From the human T2T-CHM13v2.0 reference genome, Homo sapiens, in NCBI RefSeq assembly GCF_009914755.1, contig NC_060931.1: a stretch of DNA of 64,000 nucleotides, one strand, 5' to 3'. A program made the position numbers and the translations under genes. Below the pieces are notes generated by a model. The model had not been told where the DNA came from and did not search any database. It saw only the letters and a list, made by a program, of their open reading frames with translations. Shown here piece by piece: positions 10,119 to 23,095 of this stretch; positions within the stretch are counted from its first letter, which is position 1; each line of letters starts with the position of its first letter.

Positions 10119-13100
10119 CTGGGGATCTTGGAACTGGAGAAGAGGGTTCTCTGGTGGCAGCTTGCAAAGACCAGGAAAGGATGTGCTCACAGCAGGGATG
10201 GGGCCCAGGAAACTCATCACATGCCGGTCATTTCCATCAGTCGTAACTATCTCTAGACTGCTCAAAATGCAGTATAGTATTTTGTTGGCTATTGTTGTTA
10301 CATATGTGCTGGTTTGTTTTCATATTGGCTAAAAAAAAGCCTAAAACAAAGGGGACAGGCTTTAGGCCCTAGACCAACATTCATGCTTCCCACTCCTTAG
10401 ACCTGCGTGGAGGCAGCAGGCATATCCTTGTGGCTCCTCGCAAAGGTAGGACAGGAGGATGAGCAGCCGAGGGAACAAGGAAGCACTTCAGAGAGAGCAG
10501 AACTGTGGGGGCCAGAGGGCACAGGCTAGGACTGGGGATATTGGAGGATAGTGGTTTGTGTGGGCAGAGCTGTGAGGGGCTGAGCAGCTGTAGTGCAAGA
10601 TTAGAGTGGAGGTGGGAAGGGGGAAACACCTTGTAGAAGAAAGATAGTGTCTGTTAGTTTGATGGCCATCATCTTGGGGACGTGGAAAACGGAGGCATTA
10701 GCAGGTGGGAGGATGTGGGAGGAGTTTCTTGTTAGTACCCTAGAGTTTGCAATCAGACCCAGGTGAATGAATTCTCCTCTGGAGGATAAAAGGCCATGTG
10801 AATTTTACCCTCTCAGTCCAGGGGACTTGACAGAGATGGAGAGAGCTTCAAGCTCCATCTGGTCCTCCCAACACCCTACTTGACCCAGGGCAGGTTCCTC
10901 TTCCCAAGTTTTTACAGCCATTTCCTTGTCTCTCTCAAACAACACCCCCAACATTCAGCACGCATGCACTGGGAAGTGAATCTCTTCTGCCTCTACCTGC
11001 CTTTTTCTCTAGAATCGAAGTGGATTCTTCTGGGCCAATTCTGGGCATCCTCTCCATTCTTCCTCAGGTAACACTGAGAAAAGATGAGTTCGATGTAGGG
11101 CAATCATATAACTTACTGTAAGAATTGAGATACCATTGAAAATGAAAGGGGCCCATTAGCCACATGGGATGCTGGAACAAGAGGAGTAAACCAGGAATGG
11201 TCACAAGGCCCCTCCAGTGGAGAGGCTCTGAGGGAGTTTCTGGGTGCAGCATTATTCCTGCAAAGGGAGGTACTAAAGGGACTCCACACCAACCTGGACT
11301 TGTTGACTGTTTCAAACCTCAGGGCTGACCTAAGCATCATCCTATGAAGAAACCATGTGGACAGAATATAGGGCAAGGCAGGGACAACAGCATCCTACAC
11401 AGGTGACACCCAGTGCAGAGCAAAGCATGCTTACTTATTGAAAAGAGTTACAAGAAAAGCATCTCTGGAAGAATGTCTAGGGTACCCCAAGTTCTCGCTG
11501 AACTTAGCATGGAGTAGCTCTTAAAGAGAAGAACTTCACCTGTGACCTTTACAGATTTATTTGGGAAATTGGAAGAAAAAGGGGGTCATCCAAATGGTTG
11601 CGTAATAAAATAACTTCTTTGTGGGGGAAATGGGATTCCCGTGAGCATCCCAGAGCCCCAGTCACCATCACTTCCTGAGAGGAAGAATCTTCCCATCAGC
11701 ACCAGTATCCATAGAGATTTTCCTACTACTAGGCTCATTGCTGGGCCACATAAGGTTGGGGAGTGGGGATGGTCGGGAGCTGCTGGGACAATCCAAGAGA
11801 AAAAGGCTTTTTCTCTCTCGAGGGAGTGATTTCATAATAAGAGTTTGAGATAAGGGCAATGGATCCTAATAGATATTAAAGTCTCCATTTCCGTCCCTGA
11901 GCCATTTCCTCATTTTTCTTCTGTAGTGGCCCAGAAAGGAGGGGTGGAGATAGACTGATATCAGCCCCTAACAGTCTGTGTGACACACAGCCCCAAATGT
12001 CCTATATAGGAGAATCTTTGTGAGGTTTCTCTGGTTATAAATGAATGTGGGAATGGAATATTGGTGCTTTGAGACCTCTGTTGAAGCTGCATAGTGAAAA
12101 CAAAAATGAGTTTTTGCTTCTTCCTCAGGTAACACTGAGCAAAGATGTCTAGCCATATTTTCATTTAGGGGTGTTGGGAGATGCTGGTGGAGATCACGGG
12201 AATGGCTAAAACCCAGAGGTGAACTCAGCTTTGCCATGGACCCATGAGTGAATCCATTTTCTGCTTCTCTACTGACATCTCAGACTCATCACCAGGTTCA
12301 CTTTTACCATGTCCTAGAAACTCCCCTATGCTATATAAGAAGACTCATAGTATAGAATGGCATGAAGCATGGCCAACAGTTTTAATCACAGTTCATTTCC
12401 ATTGCTTGTGGCAAACTCCCATGGCTCCCAAAAAGCTGATTTCTGAGGCTTGGGACCCCATAACCTAAGACTACCCAACCCACCTAGACTCAAACACAAC
12501 ATATTCCCTGCCTTATTCTAGGGTTGAATGTTCTTTCCTCCTATCTGGAAGCCTTCCTTTTCTTGCTGTCTGTGTTTGTGAATTTGAAGTTCCTGGGTTC
12601 CTTAACATCCCTACATCTCTGCCTGTCCTTTTATTTTTTTTATTGTGGCAGAACTTATGAATCATCTCCCTCCAACAGACATGATATTTTCTATTCGCCA
12701 TCCCCCTCTCCTATAGACTCAACTACATGCCTTTCTCTCCCATCTCTATCCATAGTCTTTATCTCTGCTGCTGGTGGACTCCTGAGAGGGCTTCTTGGGG
12801 AATATGGGGCCCCAAAAATGAGTGAATGGCTTCTGTAGGTCAGCAAAAAGGATCTGAAAATGAGCCTACACCTGTGACTATTTCCAAAGGATTTTTATCA
12901 GCTTGCTCTGCAACTGATCTCAACTGCCCTCTGTGAATATGAGCATTTAATCCACACAACATGTAAAGCTAATTCTCAGCTCCTTTTTGCCAACCTACAG
13001 TTGCTATTCACTTATCTCTGGGACCCTATAGTCCCCCCAAAAGCCCTCTCAGGTGTCTACATGCAACAGAGTGCCCATATTCTGGCAAGAACCCATAAAT

Positions 13101-13199
13101 CTATGCGAGACAGAATCATTAGAAACTTTAAAACTTGAGTTTTTGGAATGGAAAAAAAGCATGTAGTGGATGGATGAAAACATTATCATAGCAAAGAAG

Positions 13200-13410
13200 A
13201 TGTTGTAATGCAGAGACCTGGGTTTAAGCCTTAGTTCTGTCATTTATCAACTATGTGACCCTGGGCAAGTGATCACCTCTGAGACTCAGTTTTCCTTGCT
13301 GTAAAATGAGCTCAATTACAAGCCCAACTTCATAAGATCGTTTTATCTCATTTAACCCACACAACATGTAAAGCTTTTAGAACAATATCAGTAAGTATTA
13401 GGTGTTATTA
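13200..13410 (+). mobile_element. MIR SINE remnant
   Basis: MIR core TGTGACCCTGGGCAAGT...CTCTGAGACTCAGTTTTCCTTGCTGTAAAATGAG. Confidence 0.75.
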
Positions 13411-14579
13411 TAACTACTACCAACCTGAAGATTTTTTTCAGGCAAAACATTTTCAGTTTTCTCAATTTTGTTATTATAGGGCACAGTTTTGAGCACGTCC
13501 TACTTTCCATAGCCCAATCACTCCCTTCTGAAAACATTAAAGTTTGTTTTTATCCCTCTATCTTTTAAAAAATGTGTTGTACAGGACCTGACCCAGCACC
13601 AGGTGGGTTCTGACCTACAAAGAGTAAAGGGGGAACTTTGCCTCCTCTTTCTCAACATCTTATACGTTAGTTGGTTCCATTAGGACAATTTATCTACTTT
13701 TTGTACGCTCACCATCCCGTTGACTCACAGAGCTCACTTTGACTCACCCCCTGGGTGTTTTTTCACATATCCTTCTTTCACATATTCCCCTTCCTGTGTT
13801 CATATAGATGGTTTTCTCTGTTTGGTGGGGGAGGAGGGAGAGAGAGAATGTTTATCATGTTTATTCAGCTTATCTCTCCAACCTATTAAGATTCTGCAGG
13901 ATTCTAATTTTGTGATTCATTATATTTATCCTTCTATCCTCATGCCATCTCAGATATGATCATCTTGCCTGATTCATTACTATAAGAGTGATTCATGAAA
14001 TTCATAGCAAGATCACAGCTCAACAGAGACCCCACATTCCCCAAGCCTTGTCTGAAGTCCAGGAGCTGCTAAAACACAGAGAATTAGCTTCTGGTCCTCC
14101 TCTGGCCCCAGCTGCATGGCTCTGAACAACTCATTTTTATTCTCTGGGCTTATATGTCCTCCTCTGTGATATGAGGACATTGGGTAAAGTGATCTCTAAG
14201 AATCTTCAAACTCTGCTCTTCAGATTCTCTGATTCAAAGCCTGCAGTCTCTGAAGTACCAAGAGAATGGGAACTCAGAGAAGCTAAGCTCTTCCTGGCCT
14301 CAAATCATACATATCTGTGACATAGTCTCAGACAGTCTGATGGTGGAAGAGGACAGCACTGGCACTGGAGTCCCACAGTTAGCAAGAGTCAACTGGAGCC
14401 CTGACACCTGTTCCCTGGCCCTCCTCCATCAAAAAGGTCTAGGGCCATGAATGACAAGAAAATTGTGTTAAAAAGGAGAGTGGCCCTGAATCAAAAGGTG
14501 GGAAGTAATGAGATGTAAATCGGGGTCTTTTAGGTAATAGCTGACAACTGGGGTAGGAATGGGGGTTCTGAGCCCAGTG

Positions 14580-14790
14580 CTGGCTGCCGGGCTGTTTATC
14601 TCTGAGTCACATCAGCACCAAGCCACAGCAGCCACCTGCCCTAGCTCCATCTCTTACAGTCACAACAGGATGTGGTTTGACATTTACTGGGTCCTGCATC
14701 TGGGGTGCCTGTGAAAGTCGCTCCCTCCACCCACCCACCTTCAGAGCATCATGAGAACCACACTCACCGCATCCGGCACCCAACCCCCTC
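14580..14790. promoter_or_regulatory. TCR beta enhancer (E-beta) core
   Basis: about 6 kb 3' of TRBC2 and before the inverted V. Motifs: GATA TTATCT 14596-14601, AP-1/CRE-like TGAGTCA 14603-14609, E-boxes CACCTG 14633-14638 and CATCTG 14697-14702, ETS-RUNX composite CAGGATGTGGTTT 14666-14678, RUNX AACCACA 14756-14762, reverse ETS-RUNX ACCGCATCCGG 14766-14776. Confidence 0.9.
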
Positions 14791-17315
14791 CTATGCTGCT
14801 CTTTCTACCTGGGCCCCTGGTTAGCATCCTGGCAGTAGAAATAGAACTTCAGAGGGGAGGGGCAGGGTCTCTAGAGGGGAATCTAGGTATCCCAGATCCA
14901 TGTGCAGGCCTCCCCTCCCCCAACACATCTTTACACCTGCTGGAGGTTATGCACAAGATCAAAGGCCACAGTGGGCACCATGAAGATAGTGGAGAATGAA
15001 AAACAGCTGCAATAACTGCTCTGACCCAGTTGGGATCCCTTCTGGTCCCACATCACTCAGGCAACTCTCTCTTCCCACCTGCCCCCCAAACTCCCTTCCA
15101 CCTCCCTCCACATGTATCCTCCCACTTCCTTCCACTCATGTAATGAGAGGTGCTGATGAGTCACAGGAGAGGTAGCCCTAGATAACCAACAGACTGCAAA
15201 ACGGACAGTCCCTGGATGTCTGAGCCAGTGTTTGTGCACTGCATTGACTGGCTCCTCGTAGTTTTTTCCTGTAGTTGCTAAAGCCTGTAAGGTCTGTGTG
15301 ATGAATATTTTCTAACACATCTTAGAAGAACATAATGCAAGACAGAATGAAAAACTAGAGAGGCAGAAACCCCCAAAGTAAGTAGTGGGAAATTACCAGG
15401 TATATAATAGGTCAAGCCTGCTCTGCAGGAGCTCAAGGGATTGTAGCATTCTTATCCCAAACCACTGAATCCTGGGCAAAAATAAGAAGTCGCCTAATTT
15501 TAGTATTACCAGCTTCCCAACCCCGGGCATTCTTCATCTTACTCAAGCTGTCCAGAGGCCCCAGGGTGACTCCCTATAAGTCCCATGGGTGGCTGAAATC
15601 TATTTAGAGGCACAAGGGTATCTCCTTATAAGTCCCATGGGTGGCTGAGATCTATGAGAAGCATCTTGGGGAGAGTGCCTCTGGCCACCAGCATGTGGCC
15701 CTGAATCTTCCATGTGCAACTGGCCAGGGAAGGAGATATATGGAAATAGTCATCCTGCACATCTGCAAAATCAGATGCAAATCCTGGAAGCTCTCCTAGA
15801 AAAGAGACAGCCTCATCTGATTAAAGGGGCAAGTGAGTTTGATGAATTATTGGCAAGAGACAGCATGTCTGAACAGGATCGGTCATCCTAAACTGCTTTC
15901 CTTTGTCCCCTGGAATTATAATGACTGTGGATTTCTGAGTCCTAGATGGTATGGAAACAGTTATGGGAATGAACAGTCTTGCATGAATAAGAGCAGATAA
16001 CATGGAGGATGTTAATTTGTTCTGCTGAATTTAGGTGGCTTTCAAGCCTCTCCTTCAATGCTCACCTGTCTCTAGGATGCTCTGTGCAATGATCAGGACT
16101 TTTTTTCTTCAGATTCTCTAAAACTTACAATATTCACATAGACCTGCACATTTCTACACAAACTGACTCTCCTGCTTGCAATGTCATTTTGCTTATATAA
16201 CTATTAGCCTCCTAAAGAGCTAAACTTAGCTACAATTTTATGTCCTTTGTGAAGTTTTCCAGAATTTTTGCAGTATATTACAGGAAGGAAAAATCTGCCT
16301 CAAGTCTCTACTAATTCTACTTGACTAGTGGTGATTGCCTGAGACATTTCTCTATTAATGAGGATTCTGAAGCTGTATAAAGCCCCTACAGAATCAGCAT
16401 CTGAATAGGAACAGCATAGGGTTCAAGTTTCATGGTTTTGCCATCCAAGCATGTTTAGCATTTTAAATATTAATATTTATTACATACTTGTAGTTTATGA
16501 TTTGAAATTTTTTAACTAAGTCTTCCTCTTGGGTAAGTTGTAATGAAAATAATCTTGTAAGCTTAAGGAGCGGAAAATAATACCTGTTGAAAATTAGAGC
16601 TTGTAATAGGGCTTTATAAACACCATCTCATTTAATACACATAACAATTCAATGAGGCAAGTTTTATAGGTGGGGAAAAACTTGAAACCTAGTAAAATTA
16701 AATAACTAGGTCAAGTTCATAACAACTAGCAAATTTAGACTACAAAAATCAAGTGCTTTGACTAAATCATGCTATGACTGTGCCCAACACCATCTCGAGT
16801 ACATTTTATTTTTCTTTTTAATCCTCAAAATGACTCACTGTGTCCAGCAAATAATAGCTGCTTAATACATAGGTGATCCTTAAAGTTCAGTAGGGACCCC
16901 TGGGCATTATTCCATATGTTCTTGATCACTCTGTGTCTACATCTCAGATTTTCCACTTCAGATTAAATGATACTAGAAATATGCACGTGTCTGGATTGAT
17001 CTAGGTTAAATGATGCCCGGAATGGAGTATTTTAAGACATCTTGTGCCCCCTTGTGGAGGGGAAGGGACATTAGAAAGAAAATCTTTTTAAGAACAAGGA
17101 CTAGGGAGGGATGGGGATGAGGAAGGAAGCTCAGTTGCCAAGGTAACCATCGAACCTCTTCCCAGCCATCCACATCAGCCTTTTCCTCTCCTTCATTTCC
17201 ATCCAAGTGATTTCTCTTTTTTAGAGCTCAACCATTACACACACGGTCCTCTTCTTGCGTATCTCTTGGATCACCATCTGTCTGTCTTTGCTACAAAGGA
17301 AGGGCTACAAGATAG

Positions 17316-17722
<407 letters not shown>

Positions 17723-18264
17723 TGAGAACAGTCTCCTGAACATCTTGCCTCTTTGCCTGACTCAAAGCCTCAGGTCTAAGCCTCCCCATAATTTCTAGTC
17801 TCAGCAGAAAGATCAATGACAGGAGACTCTCCAGGTGATGAAATTAACCAATTAAGTAACCTGGGTTGGCATCCTCCCGTTTGTTCACCAGCTCACCTCC
17901 TGCCACAGGTATATCCTTTCTCTCAGCCATATATGCACAAACCCCCTCCCCACGGCACACATAGAAGAATTTGGAAGACTAGAAAATCAGGCAAGGTATA
18001 GCACACCTTGAGGGCTGGAGTATGGTAGCCTGGGCCGGGACATCCATACATTGAGAACTTGACTATGTGCAGGCAAATCACAGGTTCTGCACACATACAA
18101 TTTTTTGTTCTCCCTGAGAACTTAGTAGAGTCTTTTGTAGAATTCTCGCTTTATTCCATTGCTTTCACATTGGCCAGCAGTCAGAAACCTACTTACAAAT
18201 ATCCTCTACCCAGTCCCTAAGTGAAGGCCCCTGGGGAGTATGGTTAGGGCTCAGGAGAGGGTGG

Positions 18265-18303
18265 GGTTTTTGCACAGATGTCTGCCCCACCCAGCTCAGT
18301 GTG
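18265..18303 (-). other. 23-RSS of TRBV30
   Basis: - strand heptamer CACACTG (18303-18297), 23-nt spacer, nonamer GCAAAAACC (18273-18265). Confidence 0.95.
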
Positions 18304-19005
18304 ACACTCCAGGCACAGAGATAGAAGCCAGAGTCACTGAGGAGGAGCTTCTTAGAACTCAGGATGAACTGCCGGTCCTGGGATCTGGAGGCTGAGAGAT
18401 TCTGGGGCACCTCAGAGCTGATCTGGCCAATACCAACGGAGTAGAAGAGCAGCTGGAGGCCCCTGCCTGCAGCCTGTCAGTACCAGTATAGGTTGGGGTT
18501 TGATGTTCCCTCCACAGTGCACTCCAGAGAGAGCGGGCTGCCCACAGGCTGCACCAGGGTCGCTGGCCATTGATGAATAGTCTGAGATCTGACCCCTGTG
18601 GGAAAGATAAAGTGCCATTTACAGAGGAGCACCCCAGCCTGGCTTGCCTTCCCCAGACAGAGGGGCAGCTCAAGCTCTTGCATGACACAGGCACCTGGAA
18701 TCCATCATGGGGAGTAGACTGGGGGAGCCAAGGATGCAAAGCATCCCTGGGCCAGGGAAGACCAACAGAACGAACTCCTTCTCAGGAGATAGAGAGAACT
18801 AAGAATCATCAGATCAGCCCCTAAGGCTAAATTCCCATATCTGTTCCAGACAATCAGGAATAGACTCAAGAGTGTCAAACCAACAGCTCAGACTCTGCAT
18901 TCACGGGATTGGGGTGAGGGTGAGGATGAGAAAAGAGGCTTGCCAGAGAGGAGGGCACCCACCAAAGAAAGTGCCCAGGAGAAGGGCAAGGAGAGAGCAG
19001 AGCAT
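18304..19005 (-). pseudogene. TRBV30: TRB variable 30, inverted orientation; null allele with premature TGA in FR2
   Basis: leader exon 19005-18963 MLCSLLALLLGTFF (a second in-frame ATG at 19008); GT donor at 18962 and AG acceptor at 18597-18596; V exon 18595-18304 reads GVRSQTIHQWPATLVQPVGSPLSLECTVEGTSNPNLYWY*QAAGRGLQLLFYSVGIGQISSEVPQNLSASRSQDRQFILSSKKLLLSDSGFYLCAWS; stop at 18479-18477. Confidence 0.96.
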
Positions 19006-19029
19006 CATCCAAGCCAGCCTTTCCTTCAG

Positions 19030-19200
19030 CTAGTCTGGGGGACAGACGCCTCCTCTTCTGGGCCAGTGATGTGGTCAGGCTGCTCCCTCTGGGAGATCTG
19101 CTGCCAGAGCAGAGGAATCCTACCCCATGAGCTGGGGAGGAAATGAGGCTAGTCTTCTTTTAAGAGTGTGGTGAATCACCCCCAGCCTCCCTGGGAACCA
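19030..19200 (-). promoter_or_regulatory. Probable TRBV30 promoter
   Basis: immediately upstream of the leader ATG; AGTGATGTGG 19065-19074 resembles the V-beta decamer/CRE and overlaps RUNX TGTGGT; second TGTGGT near 19167. Confidence 0.45.
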
Positions 19201-21854
19201 GCTATACTCTGCACTTGTTATCTTCTTTGCATTCCTGCTGACATCCTGGTATGTAAATATATTTAATGACTCATTATTTACCTGTAAACTAAAGGTAACT
19301 CTCCAGCTCCCCCGGGAGACATCAGAAGCCTGGGAAAGCTTCAGAGAAACTGTGATACTGATAGAAGGATGAAAAAAGATTTTAGTTTATCTGAAATTGG
19401 AAACTAGAGCTAGACATGTTACCTGGGAGATGAAAGGATAGGGCTCAAGAGATTCAGGTATTTTGGGGTAATCAAAGCAGAAATGCTCAGTTCTGAGGGC
19501 AGGAAGCTTCTATGACAGCCAAAGGGATCGCCTGCATAATCTTCATCCCTGGCAGACAGATTTTGAGACCTGGACAGGCATAATTAACTCCTGAACTGAT
19601 CAAAGTTGGAATCTGCTCCATGTGTCTCTAATGGGCCAACTAGATCTAATTTATCCTCTAAATGCAATATGAGTAATAGGAAACATCACAGAGACTTGGA
19701 ATCATATGGATTTGGGTTCATTTCACAGCTCTGCTTCTTGCTGGCTTGGGAACTCTCAAGCAAACCCTGATTCTCAATTTTCTTATCTATAAAGTGAAAA
19801 TAATGATGACAATATCTAAAAATTGTTGAAAGATGCATTTTGCCTGGTGCACTGCAGGCAGGCACTCTTACATATGTTGGCTTTTTTTTTTTTTTTTTTT
19901 TTTTTTTTGACTCCCTATGTCTGCAGCAAAGATTGGGAGATTTACAATGGCATGGGGTGGAAGGTAGGGGCTGAAGGGATCACGAGCCACAAAAAACACA
20001 GTCAAGCCACGAATTCATAATAGTAAGGATTCATAATAGCTAAGCATGGGACTCTGCTAGGTAGCTGCTAAAATGTCATTCTGCTGAAATGGGACAAAAG
20101 ACCTTCAGATGCCTGGAGGACACCAGCACACCCTTGGAAACTCCTCTTCCCTCTGTCTTTGCCATGCTCTGTATTCTGAAGGATTCATATTCAGAACAAT
20201 TACTTAGTTTGGGTTGGATGTGGTGGAGCGGTTTGAGATGAAAACCCAGGAAAGAAAGCCGTAAAAGTGGCTGAACAGGGAGAATAAGCTTTAAGCAAAT
20301 AAAGCATTTGTAACACTTTCCCATTTCATCAGGGCCTAGTGATGTCATATGTTTGTTGTTGTTGCTGATGCTACAGTAACACAATTCCAAGTTAATGTTG
20401 GGGTTCTTGCTTCTGACAGTTTTGGCTGTAGCACATTTTTTTGTTTGCATTTGAATACACCATATGTATAGGGGAATGTTTTGTTTTTTATCATTTCAAA
20501 ATGGAATTAATCCTCTTATAACATTTATTTAAATGATAAATCAAGTGGTAAATATAGTTTGCTTGCAGTGAACATTTGGAACATATGATGAAAAATAGCT
20601 ATAGCCAACGCAAGAGCAGTTTTCATTGAACAGTTGTTCAATCTCAGTTTTTAATAAATCTGATAATATAATATCTGTGCATGTTAGGATTGCAGAGAGT
20701 GAAGCCAAAATAAATATGTGCACACATAGCCTATTCCTCCCTTTCTTTCCATTTCTGTTCTCTTTCCTCTTTGCTTTTGAAATTTTTATTTAGTCCTGAG
20801 TGGGGATGGGGTGGAGAGAAAGTGGACAGTGGGTGGTGGGAGATACAGGGAGAAAGAATGAGAATTGCTCTTGTTCTCAAGGGTACCGCATCACGTTTTC
20901 CTCTGGCTGGCAGTCTTTAACACCAGCGTATCCTATGAGACCTGACTTCACTCATCAGCTGCATCAGCTCAGTGTCATTACCACATGTAGACAGCAATGT
21001 AATCCTCCTTCTTAGAGATGCTGCAGCAGATTGGAGGGTGAAGAGATGTATCAGTCAGATCAGAGTAACCAGCTGGCTCCTGGCTCCTGATCATTGTCAC
21101 AGCTCAGTAGCTGGAAGCTCCTTCCATATGGCTGATGCCTTTAAAAAAATCTCCTCAATCTCCATCCCCATCTGCAATACTGTTTAGTTATTCAATCATT
21201 TAAGTCATTCATGTATTGAAAAGAGGATGGGGATATGATCCCTCTGCTCTGTGGCAGTAGATCTACTAATGGGAGAGTCCTGGCCGCACATCTGGCCTGG
21301 GTCTGGAGGTGCCCTACGGAATTGAAAGCTGGCTGGAACTGTCATCTTAACATGTCCTGGTCATCTTAACGTGTCCACCTCTCTGGCAAGCCTCTTTTCA
21401 AGTCTTTTTGTTACCATCTTCAGCTTTTTCCCTCCATACTAGATTCTTAATGAATTGCTGCCAACAAGAGAAAGCTTTATACATGAAGAGAATGGCAATA
21501 AGAACTAACTCGTCTTTTTAATTTTAAAACTGGTATATATTCCTATATAATAGGAATGGAAGATACTTGCAAAGCCTATTTGTTCCTCTACAGAAGAGTT
21601 AAAAATTACCTGGGCTAATGGAAAGAAGGGAGAGTCAGCCAATTAGATGCTCCTGAATGCCCTGAATTGTGACTTACCTCTTCTTATCCACATCCTGATC
21701 AAGGAAAGGGATGAGAGAGAGGTGGAGAGAGAAGAAATGGAAATTCAAAAGTTTTGACGGCAGAGGAAAATTGTGCTTATTTCCAGAATGAGACGAACAA
21801 GGTCCTGGGTCCCTACATGTCATACTGGCTAGAGACTGGTAAGTAGAAATGACT

Positions 21855-22368
21855 TGTGGTCAGCAGAATAATGGCTCCCAAGGATGTCCACATTCTAATC
21901 CCCAGAATCTGTGCATGTGTTAGATTACATGGCAAAGGGGAATTAAGGTTGAAGATGGAATTAAGGTTTCTAATTGGATGCCCTTAGAACAGGGAGAGTA
22001 GTCAGAATTAATCAGGTGTGCCCCATACAATCACAAGCATCTTCAACATGGAAGAAGGAAGCAGAAGAGAGTCAAAGAAAGAGATGTGGACATGGAAGCA
22101 GGCAAGAGAGATGCCATGCTGCTGGCCCTGGAGGTAGAAGGGGGCATGAGCTAAGGAATGAAGGTGGCCTCTAGAAGCTAGGAAAGGTAAGGAAATGGGT
22201 TCTCTTCTAGAGCCCTCAGGGAAGAATGCAGCCTAGCTGACAGCTTGATTTTAACTCGGTGAAACCTGTGTCAGACTTCAGAGTTACAGAACTGTAAGAT
22301 AATAAGTTTGTGTTGTTTTAAGCCACTAAGTCTGTAGTAATTTATTAGAGCAGCAGTGGAAAACATAC
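21855..22368 (+). mobile_element. MaLR LTR (MLT1D-like)
   Basis: TGTGG...CAGAATAATGGCTCCCAAGGATGTCCACATTCTAATCCCC start; CAGAACTGTAAGATAATAAGTTTGTGTTGTTTTAAGCCACTAAG end. Confidence 0.82.
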
Positions 22369-23095
22369 ATGGCTCTAGAATGTGTCTTAACAGAGGGACC
22401 TGAGGTAGTCTCCAAGAATCCCCAAAGATCTCAGGATAGATCAGGAATAGCCATTTTCTCATTCACAGGGAAACAGATTAACTGAGAGAAGCCATCAAGC
22501 CTGAAGAGACATCGTGTTTGAAATGTGTAAGGCACAGTGTACCCGCCGTGGATCAAAACAACCTGAAGGACAGACAGACAGACACACCGAGGATCAGCAG
22601 ATATCAGTGGGGACAGGTGCTGATGATGGTGCAAATGAGAGTCATGAAGGAAAGTTAAATGATGACCAAAGACCAAGTACCTTCCCCACAATGCTTTGAC
22701 AAGCGCTTTTATAAGCACCCTGGAATTTAGACACTACCCGGGGAGAAAAGGAAAGGGAGACAAGCATGAATTGTCTGAGAAACCCCTGAATTAATCATGT
22801 GTACCCCAATGCAACAAGGATCTAGATATAGAATAATTTTAATTATAGAAAACAAAATTATATTTTACCCACCCATATTTGATGCCCATGAATTTCACAT
22901 CTACCTTACGTGCACATAAAATTCAAGCTTAGATAGACGGAAAACAAAAAATCAAGAAGCAATATTTGCCTTCTAATAACTTATCTATTGGAGGAGGTAA
23001 AAGATAGAAAAGTAGTTCAGATGACAAATACTAAAAGAGTTAGGAACTTCTGCTTCCACTTACGATGAAGGAACTTGTACTCAATCCATCCACTT

